Of a stretch of DNA of 41,610 nt, positions 36,501 through 41,610 are shown one piece after another. Location of the stretch: positions 1-41,610 of the forward strand of contig JBDTTJ010000003.1 of the NCBI GenBank assembly GCA_039930645.1. The letters are read 5' to 3'. Made by a program: the position numbers and the translations under genes. This stretch comes from Acidobacteriota bacterium. GTDB taxonomy: Bacteria; Acidobacteriota; Thermoanaerobaculia; UBA5066. Each line of letters starts with the position of its first letter. Within the stretch, counting starts at the first letter, position 1. The notes under the pieces are model-generated. The model worked only from the letters and a program-made list of their open reading frames with translations, was not told the DNA's origin and did no database searches.

Positions 36501-36573
36501 TGAAAGGGCTCTCAGCGCGCGCGGACGTCGCGAGGAGGGCGGCGAAAACGGCCGCGACGACCCCTGCCCTCAC
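33565..36573 (-). CDS. GT39/PMT-like GT-C glycosyltransferase with N-terminal exported beta-propeller-like domain
   Basis: GTG 36573 overlaps the upstream TGA. Signal VRAGVVAAVFAALLATSARAE; repeats such as FLVLDRATGRLLELDAEGRI and VTEVDASGATV; then TM region with VPTNVHFD, GFRLGPVLAG, PWIHFNRM, PPWYTRML. Confidence 0.82.
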   Translation of the reverse strand: MRAGVVAAVFAALLATSARAESPFTVPVPGAGAPAGEIGFFDATGRRVGRLTGLGEPAHLAPVDGERFLVLDRATGRLLELDAEGRITRDQVCPAGNPHPDRAVLLENGHVLFSADFRVTEVDASGATVADFEAPPGVHLLGAARLGDGSTVFSSTEEPQPILRRTPGSKDFERLELGDGWGHTRFSLRLEPEAPASNAFLLWHHDLEAVTRMILVNGRLVAKGYYPMGLAWKLAADTRGGIVGISDNFEIRHANLDGPIARFRVPFAPLGAVFLPGRNLYAVSYVRIPPAAWPESWRAGASAARFPWPRFALFLLAGAAAGAAVFFARGRPPASSARPSAEAPAPPDPPATGRDTLARRVLTTAAAFVPLALYASALVLSWNGVLELTADFHPERDVPLLAGFSLALAAALWDRAATRRKDPYWQAVIAAPAEDPRLLLALLGGAAALAGGLALLYRWRSAKLETDSACLWAALHVLVFGMVAASFRGRLRLREAAREHWPVLVPLGAACVTLFAHLVDVPTNVHFDFVYTSVSALELLDGRLQSIFQPGFVPVPVIGLLPEITGFLLAGPTEVGFRLGPVLAGISGVLATYVLGTVWRSRAAGLLGAIFLAGAVPWIHFNRMSATGVSAIAGLWLIVFFALALKTNRAGWWLLGGWVAGWCFYLWPASRVAPVACFLAGLVLALRSPRATARRWAGPPLMALVFLLWIVPLLPLWKALPNLAMPRAQESLEVYKPQGGVNTDRLRASFGRPLAMSAGWFFATPDQSSQGSMSPALNTAEAALFVAGVAVALAAGFSLNVLLLLYMGLVLLVLGAFAGSPPWYTRMLPSLPIACVFMGAAAASVLDALRLPNARLRAAALAATAVAALSFSPAANLRRYVAYETEQRPMWEATALGRRLRTLGPGRTIYLVSTDRSDWSLNVNGERPPRLGEMLPFVWKLHVLEIRELEQAAALVAGPKAIVVPRERIDVDVPRLLAAWPKARVEELPGAGGPWAKILVID

Positions 36574-37352
36574 GCCGAGCCGCCCCGCGGGCCTGCCGCC
36601 CAGTAGTCCTGCGCCGCCAGGCGCCGGAGGCCCTCGGACTCGTAGAGCCCGCGCACCCACTTCCCGCGCATCTTCAGCACCTCGAGGAGCATTCCGGGCG
36701 CGTGGGCGCCGACGCGTACCGATGACGCGTCGTGGCGGCGGAGGCGAACCGGGATGCGGCGGAGCTCGAGGTTGTACTTCAGCGCGACGTAGAGGAGCTC
36801 GACGTCGCCCGCGAATCCGTCGACGGTGAGCAGCGGGAAGAGGAGGTCCGCGACGTCTCCACGGAATCCCTTGAGCCCGCACTGAGTGTCGAAGAGGCCG
36901 CCCGTCACGAAGAGCCGCACGAGGGCCGCGAACGCGCGACTGGCGGCCGCGCGCGGCCAGGGCCGGGGCTCGGTCTCGGCGGAGGCGTCCAGGGTCCGGT
37001 CCCCGACGACGACGTGAAACCCGCGCCCGTTGACGAGCGCCTCGACGTAGGCGAGCGCCTCGAGGTCGTACGGGACGTCCACATCCGTGAAGATGCGGCA
37101 GCGCCCGCGCGCCGCCGCCATGCCGGCCTTGAGCGCCCCGAACTTCCCGCGGTTCTTCGGCAGCGCGACGAGCCGGACGCGCTCCGACACGGGGACGCGC
37201 GCCGCCGTTGCGTCCGCCGAGCCGTCGTCCACGACGACGATCTCCCACGTGCCGGGTCGTCCGGCGAGCGTCGCCTCGAGGAGAGCGACGCCCGGACCGA
37301 CGAGCGAGGCGCCGTCGAAGACGGGCACGACGATGGAGAGGTCGACGCTCAC
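36570..37352 (-). CDS. Glycosyltransferase family 2, dolichyl-phosphate glucosyltransferase-like
   Basis: Start GTG 37352: DLSIVVPVFD, EIVVVDDGSAD, NRGKFGALKAG, IFTDVD, DTQCGLKGF, GFAGDVELL. Confidence 0.9.
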   Translation of the reverse strand: MSVDLSIVVPVFDGASLVGPGVALLEATLAGRPGTWEIVVVDDGSADATAARVPVSERVRLVALPKNRGKFGALKAGMAAARGRCRIFTDVDVPYDLEALAYVEALVNGRGFHVVVGDRTLDASAETEPRPWPRAAASRAFAALVRLFVTGGLFDTQCGLKGFRGDVADLLFPLLTVDGFAGDVELLYVALKYNLELRRIPVRLRRHDASSVRVGAHAPGMLLEVLKMRGKWVRGLYESEGLRRLAAQDYWAAGPRGGSA

Positions 37353-38095
37353 GCCTTCCTCCACAACGCGTACAGGAGGGAGCCGAGCGGGCAGCCGAGG
37401 CGGTGCTCGGCGCGATCCAGCGCTTCGGCGAGGCGCCATGACGCGGCGGCCGCGAACGGCGCCGCGCCCGCGAACCGGCCCTGGCGGACGACCGCGAAGC
37501 CGCTCTCCTCGGCGAGGGAGGCGAGGAGGCGCGGCGTCGGGTGTGAGACGTGCTGTTCGCCCTCCATGTGCGGCGCGAGGCCGAGGCGGTCCATGGCCCC
37601 CTCGAGAAGGGGCCAGGGGCTGCGGTAGTTCGGCGTCGTCAGGAACACCGTGCCGCCGGGCCTGAGCAGCGTGCGGAGGGAGGCGAAGAGCGACGCGAGC
37701 TGGCCGCCGTAGAGGTGCTCGATGAATTCGAGGACGTAGACGCGGTCGAAGCTCTCCGCAGGGAAAGGGAGCGCATCGGCCGAGGCGAGGTGGAACGTCA
37801 GGTTGCCGCGCGCGAACGTCTTGCGGGCGTACTCGACCGCCCGGGGGTTCGCGTCGACGGCGTCGACGGCGCGGGCGCGCGCGGCGAGCCAGTCGGCGAC
37901 GACGCCCGAGCCGCAGCCGAGGTCGAGCACGGCCATCTCCGGCTCCGGCGGCGCCACGCGCTCGATCGTGATCGTCTTCAGCCGGTGCCAGAACCGCTGG
38001 ACGACGAAACCTTCGGTGAGCGCGCGGTGCTGGTACCCGCCGTCGATGTCGATCGTGTCGCCGGTCCGGACGCCCTCCGTCCTCGTCGCCTGCAT
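37349..38095 (-). CDS. Class I SAM-dependent methyltransferase
   Basis: GGAGG RBS; VLDLGCGSG, DAVDAN, ASADALPFPAESFD, EFIEHL, LRPGG..LTTPNY. Confidence 0.92.
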   Translation of the reverse strand: MQATRTEGVRTGDTIDIDGGYQHRALTEGFVVQRFWHRLKTITIERVAPPEPEMAVLDLGCGSGVVADWLAARARAVDAVDANPRAVEYARKTFARGNLTFHLASADALPFPAESFDRVYVLEFIEHLYGGQLASLFASLRTLLRPGGTVFLTTPNYRSPWPLLEGAMDRLGLAPHMEGEQHVSHPTPRLLASLAEESGFAVVRQGRFAGAAPFAAAASWRLAEALDRAEHRLGCPLGSLLYALWRKA

Positions 38096-38115
38096 GTCCC
38101 TCCATAATGCAACAC

Positions 38116-38991
38116 GTGAAGCGGCTCCCCCCGGCGCTCGAGGCCCTGCGCCCCGCCCAGTGGGTCAAGAACCTCTTCGTCCTGGCGCCCGTCCTCTTCG
38201 GCAAGGTCGCCGACCGCGGGGAGCTGGCCGGCCGGACGGCCGCCGTCGCCGTCGCGTTCTGCGCGCTCGCGTCGGCGCTTTACCTCCTGAACGACGTCCG
38301 CGACGCCGGGGCGGACCGGCAGCACCCCCTCAAGAAACACCGGCCGATCGCGTCGGGCGCGCTCGCGCCCGGGGCGGCCCTCCTGATGGCCGCGATTCTG
38401 GGGCCGCTCGCGCTCCTCGCCATTTTTCTCGTCGCCCCCGCGGCGCTCCCTGCGACGCTCGTCTACGCGGGCGTCACGGTGCTCTACTCGCTCGGTCTCA
38501 AGAGGGTCGCGCTCCTCGACGTCTTCATCGTCGCGTCGGGATACGTGCTGCGCGTCCTCGCGGGCTCGGCGGCCGCGCAGGTCGCCCCGTCCCACTGGCT
38601 GCTCCTCTGCACGTTCTTCCTCGCTCTCTTTCTCGCGCTCAGCAAACGGCGCAGCGAGCTCGCCGCGCGCGGCGCGGCCGGGCGCGAGTCGCTGAAGGAC
38701 GTGCCAGTCGGCCTCCTCGAGGCGTTCGAGAACACCGCGCTCGGAACCACGATCGTCTGCTACGCGCTCTACACCGTCGCGCCGGAGACGATCGCGTGGT
38801 TCGGGACCGACCGGCTTCTCGTGACGGTGCCGATCGTTCTTTTCGGCCTCTTCCGCTGGCGTCTCATCGAGACGCGGGGAGGCGGCGAGGACGCGACGAA
38901 GGACCTCTTCACGGACGCCGGTCTGCTCGCGACCGTTGTGATCTGGGGCACGGTTTGCGCAGCGCTGATTTACGGCCCCGGACGGAGCTAG
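38116..38991 (+). CDS. UbiA-family prenyltransferase, polyprenyl-phosphate phosphoribosyltransferase (DPPR synthase-like)
   Basis: LRPAQWVKNLFV, YLLNDVRDAGADRQHPLKKHRPIASG, YSLGLK..LLDV, LRVLAG, SHWLLL, ALSKRRSE. Start GTG 38116 (CATAAT 7 nt upstream) or ATG 38107. Confidence 0.88.
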   Translation: MKRLPPALEALRPAQWVKNLFVLAPVLFGKVADRGELAGRTAAVAVAFCALASALYLLNDVRDAGADRQHPLKKHRPIASGALAPGAALLMAAILGPLALLAIFLVAPAALPATLVYAGVTVLYSLGLKRVALLDVFIVASGYVLRVLAGSAAAQVAPSHWLLLCTFFLALFLALSKRRSELAARGAAGRESLKDVPVGLLEAFENTALGTTIVCYALYTVAPETIAWFGTDRLLVTVPIVLFGLFRWRLIETRGGGEDATKDLFTDAGLLATVVIWGTVCAALIYGPGRS

Positions 38992-39011
38992 GCCGGAATA
39001 TCCTTCCCGCG

Positions 39012-39509
39012 ATGCCGACGAGGCGCGCGTTCACGCTCACCGCTCTCGCCGCGGGCGCCGCCGCGCTCACGTCGGTCGCCGGCGCCGCGCTTGCCTTCGC
39101 GCTCTCGCCGCTCGTGCGCCGCGCGTCCGCCGCGGGCGCGGCGCTCGACCTCGGCGCCGCGAAGGACTTCGACGTCGTGGCGAGCGGCGCCCTCGGCGCG
39201 GCTGAGGTCGTCGTCGAGCACAAAATCGAGGACGGCTACATGACGCGCAAGGTGAAGGAGCGCCTCGCGGTCGTGAAGGACGCGTCCTCGCCGTCCGGCC
39301 TCGCGGCCGTCTCGACGACGTGCACGCATCTCGGGTGCGGCGTCGCGTGGAGCGCGGCGGAGAACGCCTTCCTGTGCCCCTGCCACGGCGGCGTGTACGG
39401 CGCCGACGGGCGCGTCCTCGCGGGCCCCCCGCCGCGGCCGCTCGCGAAGGTTCCGCTCGTCTTCGCGGGCGGGCGCGTCACCGTCGACCCGGCGGCGTTC
39501 GAGGCATGA
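39012..39509 (+). CDS. Rieske [2Fe-2S] subunit of a quinol:cytochrome c oxidoreductase (QcrA/PetC-like)
   Basis: Tat-like MPTRRAF plus TM helix; CTHLGC and CPCHGGVY boxes; GPPPRPL. TATCCT 7 nt upstream. Confidence 0.93.
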   Translation: MPTRRAFTLTALAAGAAALTSVAGAALAFALSPLVRRASAAGAALDLGAAKDFDVVASGALGAAEVVVEHKIEDGYMTRKVKERLAVVKDASSPSGLAAVSTTCTHLGCGVAWSAAENAFLCPCHGGVYGADGRVLAGPPPRPLAKVPLVFAGGRVTVDPAAFEA

Positions 39510-41122
39510 AGCGTCTCCTGGAATTCCTCGAGTCGCGCGCAGGCGCGTCGTCGCTCTGGCGCGCGTTCGCCGACGAACCCGTGTCCGTGCGTCGCGCCTG
39601 GCTCTTCACACTCGGCTCGGCGGCGCTCTTCGCGCTCGTCGTCCAGGTCGTCACTGGCCTCGCGCTCGCGCTCGCGTACGCGCCGACGCCGGACCACGCA
39701 TGGGAGAGCGTGAAGGCGATCCAGACGAAGCTCCCCGCGGGCGCCGTCGTCCGCGGCCTCCACCACTGGGGCTCCTCCGCGATGGTCGTCCTCGCCGCGC
39801 TCCACCTCGCGCGCACGTTTCTTTTTGGCGCATACCGCAAGCCGCGCGAGCTGAACTGGCTCGTGGGTGTCGCGCTGCTCCTTTTGATCCTCGCGTTCGG
39901 CTTCACGGGATACCTCCTTCCGTGGGACCAGAAGGCGTACTGGGCGACGGTCGTCGGGACGAAGGTCCCCGCGGCGCTGCCTGTCGTCGGCCCGGCCGCC
40001 TCGCGGGTGATGGCGGGCGGGAACGCCGTCGGCGCCGCGACGCTCACGCGGTTCTACGCCGTGCACGTGATCCTCCTGCCGATCCTCACGCTCGGTCTCG
40101 TCGCCGCGCACCTTCTCCTCCTCCGAAAGCACGGCCACGCGGGACCGACGGAGGGCCCCGACCCGCGGCAGCCGTTCTTTCCGTACCAGGCCGCACGCGA
40201 CGCCGGCGTCGGCCTCGCGGTCGTCGTCGTGCTCTTCGCGCTCGCCTTCGGCTCGCCCGCGCCGCTCGAGCGCCTCGCCAATCCCTCGGACACGTCGTAC
40301 GTGCCGCGGCCGGAGTGGTATTTCCTTCCGCTCTTCCAGCTTCTGAAGTTCTTCCGGGGGCCGCTCGAGCCGCTCGGCACGGCGGTCCTTCCCGGAATTT
40401 CAATTCTGCTTCTCGCCCTCGTGCCGTGGCTCGACCGTGGAGCGTCGCGGAGCCCGCGCGACCGTAGACCCGCCCTGGCTCTCGGCGCGCTCGTCGGCGC
40501 CGGGATCCTCGCGCTCATGGTCTTCGGGGCGCTCGACGCGCCGAAGGTGAAGGCGCGCTCGGGCCTCGGGTCGGGCGACGTACCGGATCCCCGCCTCCTC
40601 GGCGGCCTCGCGGCGTACGAACGCCGCCAGTGCGCGTCCTGCCACGGGAGCGAGACGTCCCCGCCGCCCGCCATCCCGGGTGCCGCGGCCCTGCCGCCTC
40701 TCTCTGCCCGGCCGATCGTGTGGAGCGCGGAGGCCGCCATCGCGCACGTTCGCGAGAAGACGCCGAAACCCGCGAACGCGGAAGAGGGTGGCGAGGACCC
40801 CGACAAGGACGTTCCGTCGCTGCTCGGCTACGTGGCGGCGCACAAGGACGGCGCGACGTTCGCGGGCCTTCCCGAGCCGATCCGCCTCGGCGGCGCGACG
40901 ATCGACCGCGAGGACTGCCGCCAGTGCCACCAGATCTACGGCGAGGGCGGCCGCCGAGGCCCCGCGCTCCAGCACCTTCTCGGCAAGCGCGACAAGGCCT
41001 GGCTCGTCGAGCACTTCAAGGATCCGAAAAAGCTCGTCGAGGGCTCGAAGATGCCGAAGTACGCGTTTCTTTCCGACGCCGAGCTCGCCGCGATGGCCGA
41101 CTACCTCCTCGCGCTGCCGTAG
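39506..41122 (+). CDS. Cytochrome b6-like / subunit IV / di-heme cytochrome c fusion
   Basis: ATG 39506 overlaps the Rieske TGA. RGLHHWGSS..LHLAR, YRKPRELNW, GYLLPWDQKAYWA, RFYAVH..AAH, PFFPY, PEWYF; two CxxCH motifs (CASCH, CRQCH). Confidence 0.93.
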   Translation: MKRLLEFLESRAGASSLWRAFADEPVSVRRAWLFTLGSAALFALVVQVVTGLALALAYAPTPDHAWESVKAIQTKLPAGAVVRGLHHWGSSAMVVLAALHLARTFLFGAYRKPRELNWLVGVALLLLILAFGFTGYLLPWDQKAYWATVVGTKVPAALPVVGPAASRVMAGGNAVGAATLTRFYAVHVILLPILTLGLVAAHLLLLRKHGHAGPTEGPDPRQPFFPYQAARDAGVGLAVVVVLFALAFGSPAPLERLANPSDTSYVPRPEWYFLPLFQLLKFFRGPLEPLGTAVLPGISILLLALVPWLDRGASRSPRDRRPALALGALVGAGILALMVFGALDAPKVKARSGLGSGDVPDPRLLGGLAAYERRQCASCHGSETSPPPAIPGAAALPPLSARPIVWSAEAAIAHVREKTPKPANAEEGGEDPDKDVPSLLGYVAAHKDGATFAGLPEPIRLGGATIDREDCRQCHQIYGEGGRRGPALQHLLGKRDKAWLVEHFKDPKKLVEGSKMPKYAFLSDAELAAMADYLLALP

Positions 41123-41125
41123 CGC

Positions 41126-41608
41126 TTATTTCTCCCTCTCCTTGAACCCCTTCAGCTCGAGTCGCTGGGAGAGGAAGCGGCGGAACTCGGCGGGCGGGAT
41201 GGACGCGACCTGGCGGCCGGTCTTGTTCTCGATCTCCTTGAGCGCCTTCTCCCACAGGTGCTCGCGGCGCGCGATCTCGTCGAGGTCGCGGACCTTGCCG
41301 AACTCCTGCACGTACTTGTTGTGCCGGCAGAGCATCCGGAACGCGTTCTCGGTATTCGGGCGCCGCACGGAAAGCCCGAGAATCCTCACGTCGTTGCCGA
41401 CGTCGTGGATCGGCTGGCCCCACTCGCCGTAGCCGCCGAAGATCGTCCCGAGCTTGTCGAGCGCGTTCGCGAGCTTCGGCTCGCCGCTCCTCTCGAGGAC
41501 GGCCTTGACGACGGGCAGCGTCACGTTGCGGAAGAGCGTCGGGTCGGCGAGGCGGACGTCGATGCCGATCTCCTCCCGCGTGATCCGCGCGATGTCCTCG
41601 GACCGGAT
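41126..41608 (-). CDS. Hypothetical protein, 5' end outside the window
   Basis: The frame of ORF 41126..41524 stays open to the window edge (IRSEDIARITREEIGIDVRLADPTLFRNVTLPVV..); host-like GC3 bias; no recognised motif. Confidence 0.7.
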   Translation of the reverse strand: MRSEDIARITREEIGIDVRLADPTLFRNVTLPVVKAVLERSGEPKLANALDKLGTIFGGYGEWGQPIHDVGNDVRILGLSVRRPNTENAFRMLCRHNKYVQEFGKVRDLDEIARREHLWEKALKEIENKTGRQVASIPPAEFRRFLSQRLELKGFKEREK

Positions 41609-41610
41609 CC

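Noticed and set aside
38116-38991. Calling the UbiA gene a quinone or heme O prenyltransferase because it precedes the bc complex
   Set aside because: RPxQWxKN and HPxKxxRPIASG with KRRxE fit the phosphoribosyltransferase subgroup, and the Rieske gene has its own -10.
1-41610. tRNA, rRNA, CRISPR array, integrase or prophage genes
   Set aside because: None recognised by eye; intergenic spaces are short. A covariance-model scan would be needed to exclude small RNAs.

Overview
High-GC bacterial chromosomal window with about 29 supportable genes. The gene types (Hanks kinase with TM and propeller start, carboxypeptidase-regulatory-domain TonB-dependent receptors, DUF2298/TIGR03663 GT-C proteins) suggest Acidobacteriota, possibly Thermoanaerobaculia; this is inference. 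Layout: (1) 1-7293, first half of a lipid-carrier/GT-C glycosylation cluster (DUF2298, TIGR03663-like, GT2, flavoprotein) coupled to a Ser/Thr kinase; (2) ~7290-11312, a more AT-rich islet (PAS-LuxR, three exported orphan proteins, IS481 remnant) bracketed by an 8-bp direct repeat; (3) yheT-like hydrolase, NCS1 permease, dinB; (4) 14690-25244, TBDR / LytS kinase / exported JAB-motif protein / LytTR regulator / TBDR / esterase; (5) 25255-38991, second half of the glycosylation cluster (GT-C fusions with NHL, PA14 or propeller domains, GT2, methyltransferase, UbiA-type phosphoribosyltransferase); (6) Rieske plus fused cytochrome b/subunit IV/di-heme c. The best candidate for an undescribed system is block 4. 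Four upstream regions there share three (Y)(C/G)GTCCC-like boxes at about 21-bp period, followed 34-35 bp later by an NANNNT -10 hexamer. This points to a local LytTR regulon covering both receptors and a secreted JAMM-type peptidase gene inserted between kinase and regulator. All family calls come from motif recognition, not database searches.
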